Below are positions 1 through 16,989 of a DNA stretch of 64,000 nt, one piece after another. The DNA is from Ophelia neglecta (taxonomy: Eukaryota): positions 139,066,001 through 139,130,000 of the forward strand of contig OZ260661.1 of the NCBI GenBank assembly GCA_965285935.1, written 5' to 3'. The position numbers and the translations under genes were made by a program. Each line of letters starts with the position of its first letter. The first letter of the stretch is position 1. The notes under the pieces were generated by a model. The model saw nothing but the letters and a program-made list of their open reading frames with translations, was not told the DNA's origin and searched no databases.

Positions 1-104
1 ATGTTCCCCATTCGATTATTGCACGCATTCGCGGATATACCCCTTGCTGTCGGCCCCCCGACAGCGTTGGCCTAGTTTATATTGATATTAATTCACTTTT
101 GTAG

Positions 105-1696
<1,592 letters not shown>

Positions 1697-2139
1697 CGAA
1701 ATTACTAGAATATAATGATATTATATGGACCCTTAACATAATAAAACAATTGAGTGGCATAGATCGTGAATGATTAAGTTCAATGACATGTGTAATACAT
1801 TAGATAATGACGGATGATTCAGCAATAAAAGCAACACAAGTCACTCAGTGGTAAGTCCTTAGTTAAGAAAATATTGGTAGTGTTCGCTGGCTTATTTAGC
1901 TATTGAGGGTCGCTAACGACAATACCAATAATTTTATACAATTCATTGTGTTTGCATTTAAGATGATAATAAGAATGCTTACACATCAACATAAATACAA
2001 CTTACAAAAATCACATATATTGTATCTAAACATACTTTATTTGAACATGCTGTCAAAAAACCATTTGGTTAATACAGCTCCAATTAAGTTACAGGCCTCC
2101 GTCTTGAAAAAATAAATAAATTTAAGTAACACATTGAAT

Positions 2140-2730
2140 TGCACTAGTAAGAGGATAGCATAATAACATTTATAACTAAGTGCAAACATTTGTCAGAGGA
2201 TAACAAAATAATATTTATAACTACATGTACATTCATTCTCTAATGAGATGATAGGATAATGAGATTTATAACAACAAACATATACTAATTAGAAGAAAAC
2301 ATAATAACATTAATAACTACGTGCATACACTAGTTAGAGAGATAGCATAATAGCATTTATAACTACATACATATATACACTAATTAAAAGGTCGCATAAT
2401 ACCGTTTATAACTACATACATACTCTAATTAGATGATTACATAATACCATTTAAAACTACATACACACACTAATTAGATATTAGCATAATAAGATTTATA
2501 ACTAAATACATACACTAGAGGATAGCATAATAGAGGATAGCATAATAAGATTTATAACAACATACATACACTAGTTAGAGGATAGCATAATAAGATTTAT
2601 AACTAAATACATAAACTTATTAGATGATAGCATAATAAGATCAATAATTACATATATACAAAAGTAAGTGGATAACATGATAACACTTATAACTACATAC
2701 AAACACTAGTAAGATGATAGAATAATAACA
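2140..2730. repeat. Degenerate ~40-bp minisatellite (actagttagaggatagcataataagatttataactacatacatac)
   Basis: Many diverged tandem units are visible. The array is duplicated at ~4816-5406. Confidence 0.85.
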
Positions 2731-2911
2731 AAATAGTGCAATATAAAGAAGACATAAAAAACTTTATACTATCACACCCAATTTAAGATGAATATGATGA
2801 ATAGTTTGACATGATATTATAAGAACATCAAATGTACTAACCGTTATGGTAAGATAATTGCGAATATCGCTTTTAATTGTGGACATGGTCTTAAGAATTG
2901 ACGTGAATTGA

Positions 2912-4372
<1,461 letters not shown>

Positions 4373-4815
4373 CGAAATTACTAGAATATAATGATATTAT
4401 ATGGACCCTTAACATAATAAAACAATTGAGTGGCATAGATCGTGAATGATTAAGTTCAATGACATGTGTAATACATTAGATAATGACGGATGATTCAGCA
4501 ATAAAAGCAACACAAGTCACTCAGTGGTAAGTCCTTAGTTAAGAAAATATTGGTAGTGTTCGCTGGCTTATTTAGCTATTGTGGGTCGCTAACGACAATA
4601 CCAATAATTTTATACAATTCATTGTGTTTGCATTTAAGATGATAATAAGAATGCTTACACATCAACATAAATACAACTTACAAAAATCACATATATTGTA
4701 TCTAAACATACTTTAATTGAACATGCTGTCAAAAAACCATTTGGTTAATACAGCTCCAATTAAGTTACAGGCCTCCGTCTTGAAAAAATAAATAAATTTA
4801 AGTAACACATTGAAT

Positions 4816-5406
4816 TGCACTAGTAAGAGGATAGCATAATAACATTTATAACTAAGTGCAAACATTTGTCAGAGGATAACAAAATAATATTTATAACTAC
4901 ATGTACATTCATTCTCTAATGAGATGATAGGATAATGAGATTTATAACAACAAACATATACTAATTAGAAGAAAACATAATAACATTAATAACTACGTGC
5001 ATACACTAGTTAGAGAGATAGCATAATAGCATTTATAACTACATACATATATACACTAATTAAAAGGTCGCATAATACCGTTTATAACTACATACATACT
5101 CTAATTAGATGATTACATAATACCATTTAAAACTACATACACACACTAATTAGATATTAGCATAATAAGATTTATAACTAAATACATACACTAGAGGATA
5201 GCATAATAGAGGATAGCATAATAAGATTTATAACAACATACATACACTAGTTAGAGGATAGCATAATAAGATTTATAACTAAATACATAAACTTATTAGA
5301 TGATAGCATAATAAGATCAATAATTACATATATACAAAAGTAAGTGGATAACATGATAACACTTATAACTACATACAAACACTAGTAAGATGATAGAATA
5401 ATAACA
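4816..5406. repeat. Second copy of the ~40-bp minisatellite
   Basis: Part of the 2676-bp duplication. Confidence 0.85.
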
Positions 5407-6110
5407 AAATAGTGCAATATAAAGAAGACATAAAAAACTTTATACTATCACACCCAATTTAAGATGAATATGATGAATAGTTTGACATGATATTATAAGA
5501 ACATCAAATGTACTAACCGTTATGGTAAGATAATTGCGAATATCGCTTTTAATTGTGGACATGGTCTTAAGAATTGACGTGAATTGAATGTTTTTCGATT
5601 TTTTTTTAATGTTTTGATGTCATTAAATTACCTCCGTTGGTTAAAAAAATTAATTTAATGTCATGTTGGAATTTTAATCATCATTGATAATATCATAGTT
5701 AGTTTGTACTCAAAATTTTTAATTGTATTTTATGAATGTATTATTTTTTGAATGGTAGATTCCAGAGATAATAAAAACATTTGCACACAAATCAGTATTC
5801 AAACCTACATACTCTTGTAAGTTGGCTTAATATAGAATCTACACATTGATTTAGGTATAATCCTGAACATACATAACTAAAAGGTGTAGTTGTCGGGTGA
5901 TAACTGTTCATCTAACACCTATCTTGGACTATGCACTAATGCATAATAATTAAGTCGAGGAGCGAGTTAAGAAAGCAAGGCCCGTCCTCAACCACGAGAG
6001 ACATGTCTGATAATTCTCCCGTGCAGGCGAATCGAATGCGCCTTGCACAGCGCACGAGTTGCACAACAGGACGCTGTTGTAGGCCTATACTAGTCCAGCA
6101 TAAACGATTA

Positions 6111-8127
6111 GGGAGCGTTCATTATTTATGGCCGGGGGGGGGGGGGGCAAATTTGGGGGTGGGTTTTTTTCAACCCATTTCCATGGGGAGGGGGGGGGGT
6201 TTAACCTTTTCACATGGGGGGAACGATTTTTTTAAACCTTTTAACAAGGGGTCGCGTTTTTTAACGTATTTCTTATTGACACTTTTGGATAGCTATTTTA
6301 AAGAAATATATATTGTACAAAAGTGTGTAGGGAAACTGGTAATGCAAATAATCATACATAGACAAATTCTAGAATTTATACAGTACTGACACATGAATAG
6401 CAGGAAGATACAATTCATTTTGGCATGAAATGATACATCAAACTCATGACCCCGAATTCAGAACAAATCGTAGTGAATGATTTGTTTCTTATTTATCAAT
6501 GTGCACATTTTTTATAAGGCATGCAGTCCTATTTAATCCATTATTATCATACACTACTTATCAAAACAATGAGATAATAACCGATTTAGGACTTGTAGAA
6601 ACGTACAATATGACCAGATGTTCGCCGATACATAGGACTAGCATTCTAAAAAATCATGAATAAGTAAAAAAAAAACACATTGACAATCATAAAATGAATC
6701 ATTATAGTATCTGCTGTGCAACAGCCTGACACAAAATAATATTTATCACGCAACACTGACCAGACAGACACACTAAAACGAATCGACTAGTAAACTGAAA
6801 AATACTGAACATACAATATACAATGCAGTATGTATGAGAACCTGTCCTAATACAAATAACAAAAGTTCTTAAACAAAACAACATTAATTTTATGCACCAA
6901 TATAGCACATACTAAACTTGAAAGAATAAAGCCGGCGATTGCACAGTGATACATATATCCAATATAAATAAAATTCAAATATAATAACAGGAATTATGAG
7001 GACGTTTGAAAGAGGATGTTTTATTTGGCCACCCTCTATGGGGCCAATTGGTGCATGTATCTGCTGTCTCACTAACTTTCATATAATATATGTATTGACA
7101 TGACGTGCAATGATACATAGTACAATTTTTACAAACAATTACATTAAAAACATACAAAAGTTTGGCTATTTCAATTTGTGAGTAATAAACACACCTCAAT
7201 ATATTTCATATAAAAGCCTTTAATAGTCACTCAAAATGAGGGATAGTGATGACATGTTCGACTCTGGAAATAATCCCTGCTAGTTCAATAATATAAACGT
7301 TTCGTGACGACCCTTGACCAAATGTGGCAGCTCAGAGATTGGAGGCGAGGGGGAAGGTGGAAATCCTAGCGAGAGAGTGGCCATGGAAAGTCAGTAAATA
7401 CAGAGTAAAGAAGATGAAATCTCAAATTCTACAGAATAAATACTGCCCACGCAAAGGTTATGGAAGTCTGGCACAACATTTCGGAAAGATAAATCTGGTT
7501 AGTAAAATGAAAAATTTCCTCAAACAAAGTATGACATGTTTGGTTCCAAATTCTTCCAAATTTTCCATGGCGATGACAATATCAGAGTGCACAAAAATCG
7601 GGAGTAGGTCCATTAAATCAACGAATCAAAGACAAAATATATCTATTTGGCTCAGCTTAATTGGAGCTTTGTTATATATTAATAGCACCAGGGACATAGA
7701 ACTAAAATAAAATCATCGAAATATAGGCTAAAATGATCAAATCCTGAACAAGATCAGCTCAAAATGTTTCATACACTCTATACCTAATGACATGCTATGA
7801 CTCGAATCATTTAAAATTAATTTGGGTCCCTTCAATTGATGTTACTGTCGAGCGCATGCACAGTGCCACATGAAAGCATCCCCCTCCCATCCAAATACTC
7901 CTTTCCACTGCGCACAAGAGATGGAGGAATACCATCCAGTGAATCACAGCCTGTCTTTGATGGGGGGGGGGGGGGGGGGCGATTTTTTTCCAACTATTTC
8001 TGTGGGGGGGGGGGCAATTTTGTCCTACCTATTTTCAAGGGGGGGGGGCAATTTCGTTTGACGTATTTATTTCAAAAAATTTACCACCACCATCCCCACC
8101 CCCCGGCCAAAAATCGTGAATGCTCCC
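6111..8127. mobile_element. Putative non-autonomous TIR DNA transposon (Kolobok-like ends)
   Basis: The left end tta|gggagcgttcattattt and the right end aaaaatcgtgaatgctccc|tta form an imperfect inverted repeat. Subterminal poly-G tracts are present. Similar termini occur at ~31153, ~42890 and ~47660. Confidence 0.5.
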
Positions 8128-10713
8128 TTATCAATCGAAGGATAATCTGACACAGATTATCATATATATTTAAAATATAGAGTATTAATAATCAATAGGG
8201 AAGAGCATTTGAGTTGAGAATCAAAAAATTACAGCCGATGCCAGAAAGCACGTGGTAAATGAAAAGGAAGGTATTTGCGTGCCTAGTGTCGCCTCTCCTC
8301 ACTTGCAATCACCTGATATGCCAGCTGATTCAGGTAGTAGTAAATAATGTCGGTAACTTTAGATTGGTTCGACTCGAGTTCACGGGTTTGCCTTACACTG
8401 CGCACGCGCATGGCTAAAAAGACCTACATGTATTTAATAGCACTTTTTCGACTCCGGCCATATTATGACATATTGTGGAAATTAATCAACCATTGCGTTA
8501 TCTTTGCTGTGGAAAATATTCTTTCACGTAAATTTGCAAAATATGTCTTATTCACCTTCCCCTCGCTTTCTTAACTCCCTCCTCGACATTTTATCTCACT
8601 CCTCGCTATTTTAACTCGCTCCTCGCCGCTGAACCAATTTACACACTCATGTTCGTATGCGGTATTATGTTATCTGCTCATTTACCATGTAAGTAGAGAA
8701 ATACTCATCCAAATGCACATTAATGCATGCAATGCATATTATCTCTGCGAAAAAAATAACATTGAGGTCAGATGTGCTATCTGCGAGGTTGGTACAATGA
8801 AAATGGTTACATTCTATCAGAATAGCATTTATAATCAAAACTTATCCGACATCGACTGCTCAAGAAGCAATTATTAGCATACTACATGTGTTAGTTAAGT
8901 GGTTACTCAAATACAAACAACAACATTTAATTGCACACAAACAGGAAGTGTTTCCGAATGAATTCCGTGTATATATCGTTTATGGCAAACATAATGGGAC
9001 TGACTTGGGGAGATGAGAGGGTGCATCAATACTTATCGACAGAAAGATATGCCAGGTGTCAATGTGTAACTGTCGATTAACTGCCTTTACCCTAAACAAA
9101 GCAACGTGTCGCATTTTAATAGTTTGCAACCATGCATAAATTAACATACTACTGAATGCCAGATTGTTTATAAATGCAACCGGTTTCCAGTACCCATTGT
9201 AACTACCTATTTACGAAAAATTAAAGTGTAGACTCATATATTATCATACAATTATGTTTCAGTTTATTTTTTCTTGATAAAGGATTACTGTATATGTTAA
9301 AACACTTAAATATAGGTACAAAACTGTAGCTCCCCAAAATTGCAAAATAGCCCATCGAGCGGACCCTCCAACCACTAACCTAAACCATAGTCGCCGTAAT
9401 GCACTGCCAAACCAAAGAGTTAATGACTGAGCGCTACTTATTGGGCCATCCTTGGTCCTACTCACAGATGTTTTATCTGCCGCTCTAGTCAAAGCTGTAA
9501 AACAAATTGAGCCACTTCATCATATGATGATAAAGTCGAAAAAGCGTGTGGGAGGGATTTAAAAATGGATGTCCTCCATAAATTGTCAGGTCTTGGAATT
9601 CAGTTATGCCATATCCAATCCATTTATCGTTCGATGCTTGCCAGTGGCTTTTAGGGAAACAAGTCTCACATCCGCCGAGTCAAGTTTACACATTTATATA
9701 GCGCTCAATATGCTAAGCATGATGGGCACAAATTAAGAACGTGTTCTTCAATTAAATATACAAAACAATGAATGATGCCAACAAAAGCATTGCATAACTA
9801 ATTTATTTATACTTCCTATTTTTCGGACGCTAGTCAAGGGGGTGGTTATGATTTCCCGGTTTATTAATGATGACACGTGGTTATTATTTTGCTGAGGATA
9901 ATAGGTCTTAACCATTTGAACACTAGCAGGAATGCCCATGAAAAAGGGATTTCTCAAAAAAAAGACAGGATGAAAAGAGGTTTGTGATGCTTCGTCTCTG
10001 CACCGGAAGCTACACATTACAGCCTCTCGGTGTACTATAAAATATATGTCGGAACCCAAAGCTAGCTGATTGCCGCCCTCGCCTCCCTCCCCAGAGCGAT
10101 ATTTTCTTATAACACCCGCCCCCCCCCCTTTTTTTTCTATTCAGCTCATGCTCAAATGTGGTTGGTCTCTACACACTCCCCTCAAGACTGTTGTCCCATT
10201 TCGTATTCCCCGCTAAACCGACCTCCCCCCCCCCCCCCCCAGCTATATTCACACATCGTCCTTCTGTGAAACAGAATTTCTAATATATAAAAGTATGTAA
10301 AAACGTGTTATCGTTTTATTTATACTGTAAATGTCAGACTTTTCAATTGTCAACTTTATATATTATTTAGTAGTGGATAGTGCATTTGATTAATTTAGAT
10401 GCTGCTTATGTTCCTTACTAGACTAAATGCCAATTAAACACACAGTTTGATGGCTTGCAGGAATCGTGGGTTCCTACATCGTAGACGTGGATTCCAAACA
10501 CGGCCTTGTATTATAAATATGTACTGATTACAAGGAAACAAGACGTCAATTTTGAATGTGATAAAGGAACACAAACCGTAAACCCTTAACTTTGATTAGC
10601 CATGTCTTTCGCGCAATATCTCAAATTGTTTCCTCAAACTATGCCTTAAGGCGTTTAAAATGATATAACGACAGAATTTGCCTCGGTATCCAAACAAAAT
10701 TTGAAATAATTTG

Positions 10714-11889
10714 TTATTCAGCTGGGTCAAACTCATTCCGTTTTTCTCCCCGTTCAGTAAGATCCATGTTTTCATATTCATTTAAATTGGACGTCGCTTT
10801 TCTTGCAACCCACCAATCCGTTAAAGGGGGGATGATGTTTCCAACAATGACAAGACAGATTCCCATCACTGCCTGCCAATTATGGTGTCCAGGTTGGTAG
10901 TAAGCAAGAATAGTATACTGAAAAATTCCAAGACAAACTATCGTGGAAGTACGTAGGATGGAGAATGTAACGAGAGGAATCATTTGAACAGAATATATAA
11001 ATAAGCCTGCGCTAATCCCAACTGTCCACCCATGACTAAGAAGTAACCCCCAACAATTTATATTTGTTGGTAAAATTGGAGATTCAAGTATAAGCATCAG
11101 CACAACAGAAAGAATGAAAGCAATGAATGCAATCCAAAATGAGATGATCTGCGGATTAACTGCCGATATACACTTGTTTATGATGAACAAAACGGCAAAC
11201 ATCCCTGCGGCAGATAACGTTGTAAATACATAACCCTTGAAATCGATGTTCATGGGTTCATTTGCATGAAAAGTTGAGTTTAAACTATTGTTGTTGAGTT
11301 TGCAGTGTCTTTCACTGGGCAGTGAAAAATTAGTATCACTGGCGAAGCACGTATACTGACAGGAACCATAAGCTACATCAGGTACATCCGTAAAGCCAAG
11401 AAAGTTAGGTTGAGTTATAAAGGTCACGCCGACTGTACATAACACAGAGGCACTAGCCGTACTCACTGAGCATGCTCGTTGAGAAATAGCCTGCTGAACA
11501 GACCCAAACACAACAATAAGCGTGGTTTGGAATCCTATCAACAATGTAACCGGTAGTATTGGAGCAGCCGAATACATAAAATGATTGGTCCCCAAAGCGA
11601 GAATGGAAACAATGAATACCCATCCGAAGTATCTTCTTTCGACGCTTGGGAGTGTTCCTTGTGCAACCAAAATGATACAACTCACCAAGATTTGTGGAAA
11701 AAATCTAAAAGCATTTAACTCCTGATCAGGAATGAATCCTCCCAATGCCTGTGCACTGGCTATGCCACAAGCATGACCAATTGACCCTAGAAGGCAGGTA
11801 AGACATCCCCATACGCAGTCAGACAAGATATAGCCATAATGGTGGAGCGCTGTGTCTTCAAATATCCGGTTTATCCAAGAAGACATCAT
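10714..11889 (-). CDS. SLC35G/EamA (DMT superfamily)-like multi-pass membrane transporter, single coding exon
   Basis: Uninterrupted ~391-aa ORF from the ATG at 11889, with about 10 hydrophobic segments in two EamA-like halves (e.g. IPDQELNAFRF...Q; YTILAYYQPGHHNWQAVMGICLV). Confidence 0.7.
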   Translation of the reverse strand: MMSSWINRIFEDTALHHYGYILSDCVWGCLTCLLGSIGHACGIASAQALGGFIPDQELNAFRFFPQILVSCIILVAQGTLPSVERRYFGWVFIVSILALGTNHFMYSAAPILPVTLLIGFQTTLIVVFGSVQQAISQRACSVSTASASVLCTVGVTFITQPNFLGFTDVPDVAYGSCQYTCFASDTNFSLPSERHCKLNNNSLNSTFHANEPMNIDFKGYVFTTLSAAGMFAVLFIINKCISAVNPQIISFWIAFIAFILSVVLMLILESPILPTNINCWGLLLSHGWTVGISAGLFIYSVQMIPLVTFSILRTSTIVCLGIFQYTILAYYQPGHHNWQAVMGICLVIVGNIIPPLTDWWVARKATSNLNEYENMDLTERGEKRNEFDPAE

Positions 11890-13089
11890 CGGGAGCGATA
11901 AACTTTCATATATCACAAGTGGAAAAATTCTCAGCCGTATTTGTCACAATTAGTCTTATTAGTATGCCTTTTGAAAGTAAGTTGATACAAGCATATGTGC
12001 ATTGCCAAATATAGTTTTCAGGGTGTATTATAGCAAGCACGTTTCACCGTTAGTGAACTGGCAATGATGTTTGTGGGACTGTGGCTGACGGATCCTGATG
12101 AATTGAAATGCTTTGACAGTATGTCGTTTGCTTAAAACGGTGCTTTATATGTCGGTTAACACTCCAGCTGTTTTAATGTTGTGCATATTACATTAATTTT
12201 TAACGTGGAACCAGGCTCCCAGCATATACATGTGTATCACAGCTATTGTATATATAGATATCACTAAGTAAATCTATAAATATATGTGACGCATCAGAGA
12301 TAATAACTTGGGTAGTCCAGTAATTGTGGTCAAATAGGTTTAGGCCCGACTTTACCAACTCTACACTAGTAGATTTAGTGTTGAAATGTCAGCCTGTTAG
12401 CCACAGGCACCAGCAAATATCAACAAAGGCAGGAGCAGTTTGTAGGTGTTCAGTGGAGGACACATTGTTTTATATTTCTTACAACTTATGTAGCCCATAT
12501 AGAAGGTAAAGTTGTCAAATATGTTTAATCTAACAGTTAAAGTGTTATCAAATAATGATACATATTCTAGTTAAGTTTGGTTGTGTGTAATTTTGTAAAT
12601 CATAAGTTAAGTATATAACTTGCCAGACTGGCTCGGTGTATTGCATTGTATATGTATGTGCAATGGTGTGCAGTTTCTCAACACATGTGATTTCAAGCTG
12701 ACTGAGAGTGGTTATTAATCATATGTATGGTGTTTGAATTGACGATGTTATTATTTCGGTCCAATATATGTGTTTTATGAAGTATTAATGAGCATTTATA
12801 TCCCGACTACATAATTTAAGGCATATACATTATTCCCTTTTTTCATTTACAGTTTAACCGTGAACACTCCAACAACTGTCTACAATAGGCCTATTGTGTC
12901 AATATCTAATGACTGTATGTTCCAAAAATAATAAACAAAAAACCTTAAGACATAGTGACGCATTTAGCTTGTATCAAGGGCTACCAAAGGCTATATAAAG
13001 TTTAACTTCTAGGTTCGTTTCACCACAGAAAGCTGCCAATATTGGCTACAAGTTTCAACAAATTCGACTAGTGTTCCATATAGTGCATC

Positions 13090-13960
13090 ATGTCTTTTGT
13101 GAGACGACTTGACCAAGCTAAGAAGGCCAGGAAGGAACACAAATCTCGCATCACAAGGCTCTTAAATGAGCAAGCTGAATTTCCGATGAGTGAGACAAAC
13201 TTCAATGTCATATTTGAGAAGACGAAGCGGCTTGGAGTTGCTATTCAGAAGTTTGAAAAGGCTGACTTCCATTCTATGTTGATAAAAGAATATGACATAA
13301 TGAAATCCGATGAATATGTAAAGATAATGGATGAGAAATACACCCCTATTATGAAGATATATAAAAACTGGTTAATAACTACCAAAGCAATGTGCAGCGA
13401 AGGATAAGTTCTGATGGCAGTATCAGGACTCCCGAATTGTCACAGACTAACTTGAAAGAGGTAACAACCAAATCCAGTTCCCGGACCAGAATTTGAAGAA
13501 GACAACTTAGACTATGTTAGCAATACAGGTACAAGCAATGTTTATGCTACCTCTTCTGCCCTTTTAGCGGCGCAAAGACTTAAGTCTGAAGCGAAGGAAA
13601 TGGAGCTGATGCTAAGGAATGAGCGACAAGAAATTGAAGCAGAACGGTTCCAATTTGAATTCAAAAGGCGTCAAGAAGAAGCTAAGTTACAGCATAGACG
13701 TCATGTATTGGAGCTTCAAAAAGGGCAATGGACCTGCAGATGAAAGACCGTGAGATTCAACTCAAAGAAAAAAATATTTTTCGGTAATCGTTTGGAGAAG
13801 ATAACACAGCAATCTGATTCCTCACAGTGGAAGTATGTCAACACAGCAGACAAGGCTCCTGTTATTATTTCTCGCTGCATGGCTGCTTCCGAGCCCGTCA
13901 CATGCCCGAGAAGGATTGAAGGACCATCCTTCTTAAAGCTTCCAGAGGCCAAATGGCCAA
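13090..13960 (+). mobile_element. Internally deleted BEL/Pao LTR-retrotransposon relic
   Basis: 13090-13740 is a coiled-coil, gag-like N-terminus with stops. 13750-13960 reads FFGNRLEKITQQSDSSQWKYVNTADKAPVIISR...EGPSFL..PEAKWP, matching the Pao RNase H C-terminal motif (FVANRV..I......QWRYVPT..NPAD..SRG...W..GP.FL). Confidence 0.7.
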
Positions 13961-13962
13961 AT

Positions 13963-14033
13963 CGACCTGACGGGGAATCGAACCCCGGCCACGGCGGTGA
14001 GGGCGCCGTATCTAACCACTAGACCATCTGGGA
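13963..14033 (-). pseudogene. tRNA-Glu(CTC)-derived pseudogene
   Basis: The reverse complement TCCCAGATGGTCTAGTGGTTAGATACGGCGCCCTCACCGCCGTGGCCGGGGTTCGATTCCCCGTCAGGTCG resembles metazoan tRNA-Glu-CTC and has A and B boxes. The acceptor stem mispairs and U33 is C. Confidence 0.75.
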
Positions 14034-14049
14034 ACCATAAATATATATA

Positions 14050-15014
14050 CAGTCCCCTCCCGGATTATCCGAACCAAATCGATGTCCCCCGAATTTTCAA
14101 AATATGTGTGATTCGCTTAAATTAATTGCAATGTGTACTAGACGAAACGGTCACACCCGCACTGTTTGTTAACATGCTGCAGTCGCACATCGGTCTTTAA
14201 TTGCACTCAGCGCCTGGAACAATTGACTTATAGCCCCAATGCGATACAAAGTCAGTTTGTCTAGATAGCCGGTCCTCTTTTATGTTCAATCGTTTGATGT
14301 TTCATCCTTTAATGTGTTAATTTTACCGAGTACTAATCGTAATTCACTGCCCTTACGAAAACTAGGATGGGGAGTGAGATAAATGCTCGCGATCAACCAT
14401 CATACACAGGCCTCCGACCACTACGGGACACAGCGTTGTCCAAGCGATCCGCTTCACTCAAGCAGAAACGAATTGGTGACTTCTTTTAAAAGAAGTTAAG
14501 AATGGTGAATGGCAAGTGAAAAGATATTGACTTTTAAGACGCAGTGTATTAGTGATTATCGATTCATTGAGTGACTACGTCTTGTGAGTGATATTTTGCA
14601 TGTCCACAAGCCTCGCTTTCGATTAAAGCTGCCATGATGTTTTTATCTAAATTTAGTCTTGTTAAACGGGTCAGCGTCTATGACTTTGTAGTTTGTTTAT
14701 TGTACGGTAACCTCGTGTCATTACATTTAGTAAGCTTATTACAAAAAAGCAAACAGAATACCCGAATTTAACGGCAAGTCATAACCATTTTATAATAGAG
14801 TTCTCTGCGGTATGCTGTTCTTCGTGACCAATTTTCAACCATGCTTGGAAAATGTCAATGTGCATATTTCTACCATACGTGAATGTAATTATGCCAACTT
14901 GTCTTAAATAAGCAACATTATATATAGGATCGGCCATCCTCTCTCGTTTTTCCGACCTCCGGATTATACGAACTAATTCTTTGTCCCCGGGCGAGTTCGG
15001 ATAACCGGGAGGGA
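14050..15014. mobile_element. pogo/Tigger-like MITE
   Basis: The left end TA|cagtcccctcccggattatccgaac and the right end gttcggataaccgggaggga|tatata form a ~20-bp inverted repeat. A subterminal copy lies at ~14956. The flanks are TA repeats. Confidence 0.7.
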
Positions 15015-16989
15015 TATATATATATCGCCTAGGATAAGCCCATCACTCTAGATAGCTTCCCGAACATTATAACGATAGAAAAATATATTATGTAGTGAGC
15101 TTAAATGGGGAACTACTAAGTTATCGACAACGTATAAACAACCTATCTACAATCACTGTGTCGTCCGCTGCTGCCATGGTATTAATGGTAAAAATAGAAT
15201 GAATGATTTTGGCCCAATATCATGTTACGATGAATTTTGAATTATTAGTATTAACCAGATTTATCGAGCAAGATTAATTGGAGCATCGTGAAAACCGTCG
15301 ACTACCTCTTGAAGTGATAAATTTTTTTTTCAAATATTGTCATTACAAGTATGCTTTCTGTTAGAGAGCTTGTGATTGGGGTTTTGAGTGCCTGCAACTG
15401 GTGGTTTTTTTTATCATATTTTCCTTAGGAACTTTACATGTTCGCTGAACTGTTCATTATGTAACGATCATCAAAGGATTCAATCACAGGCCTGCATTCT
15501 GTCTACTTGCTATCTAAGCCGGACTTGCTTATTTGTTACACGGTTGACCATTTTATTTTCATGAATAGTGAGCAAGCGAACATATCTAAAAGATCAAATA
15601 TCGGTTTACCATCGGGAATTTAATCCAGTTGTGGGTATATCAGTCCACAGTTTGTTAATAAGCTGCGATCACAAGGCGTTTCTACACTCAATACATACAC
15701 ATCAGCTGTATCCGGGTATGCGGATATCACATGGGGTCGACAAGCTTCCTGTTATTGACTCAGTTTACGCTTCACGCCTACTTAGGAAATCATTTCGGCA
15801 AACCCAACCACCACAAACAAAACTAGTAGGCCAACGCGCACTCATATAAAAGGCGCTGCCGATATTAAACCATTCATAAGAGTTTCCGGGAACTGTTATT
15901 TGCCCATGACATGCACTAAAGGTTATTCGGTCAAGAATTGGAGCTTGATTTCAATTAGGCAGTTGTCCACCATACTTTCATGAAATAATGGCACCAATTT
16001 AAATCAGATGATACTAGTTGGCCCTCCAAAGGAAAATAGAATACAAGAATAACTTTACTGGGAATAATGTTTGGAAATGAGTCTGTAACCGGAAGACTCA
16101 AACATTGGTACACTCATAGAGTTCAATTTATTTGCCTAAATATGCTAATTAACAAAGAATTAAAGAATTAATTTTCATTTATTATTTACGTAGATTTTAA
16201 GATTAAGCCAAGCACTTCATATTCCTATAGTCTGAGTAATCAACATAATGAAATATATGGCTAAAAGTGCAATAATGGCAGTTAGGGATTGAAACATGGT
16301 TGTTATCATGGAAACTGTATAGTGAGTAAAGATCAGGAAATTAGCATTGATCTGCTAATCTATAAAGGGGCCGAACATTTGATAATGTAAGGGGGGGGGG
16401 GTGAGACTTGTTTTTTTCAAAACATTTTTTGGCCTCTTCCAAAACTTTCTTTTTTCCTCATAGTTGCCCTGCAAAATTTTTTTTTCCTCTTAGGTCATTT
16501 ATGATCCTTTTTTGGAGGTATTATATAAGACAAATTGGCAAGATAATAGGTTATTGATTTATTTCCTAATATATTTGCCACAACATATATGTATTTATGT
16601 ATGTATTTTCTTTATTATAGTGACATGTCAAATTCGATATAACAAATTAATACATTACGTATCAGAAGAAATTTACCCAGCCCAGCCTGAGCTTATATGT
16701 CACTTCAAATGACAGATATTTTACAATAATATAGCTGCCCCATGAGGTGCACACACCAAACGAAGAACAGAGAATCAAATCACACATAAATAGCATCTAC
16801 CAGTGACATAAGACATATTGCTGACTATATTGTAGGTAAATAGATTTACTTATTGAACAGAATCTGCTTTCTAAGAGAGAGAGAGAGCCATAAATATATA
16901 CTTTGCCAAATTTTATATTAATAATTTGGAATTTGCACTGCATATTTTGTTCATATATATCAGGGTACAATTGACTTACACTGTCTAAA

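Noticed and set aside
2140-2730. CRISPR-like periodic array
   Set aside because: The units are contiguous degenerate repeats with no unique spacers, there are no cas genes, and the context is eukaryotic. It is a minisatellite.
6003-8150. Gly-rich ORFs (6003-6389, 7836-8150) and 7324-7710
   Set aside because: The Gly runs come from poly-G tracts in a putative transposon, and no recognisable domain is present.
13963-14033. Functional tRNA-Glu gene
   Set aside because: The acceptor stem cannot pair fully, U33 is replaced, and there is no clear downstream poly-T terminator.
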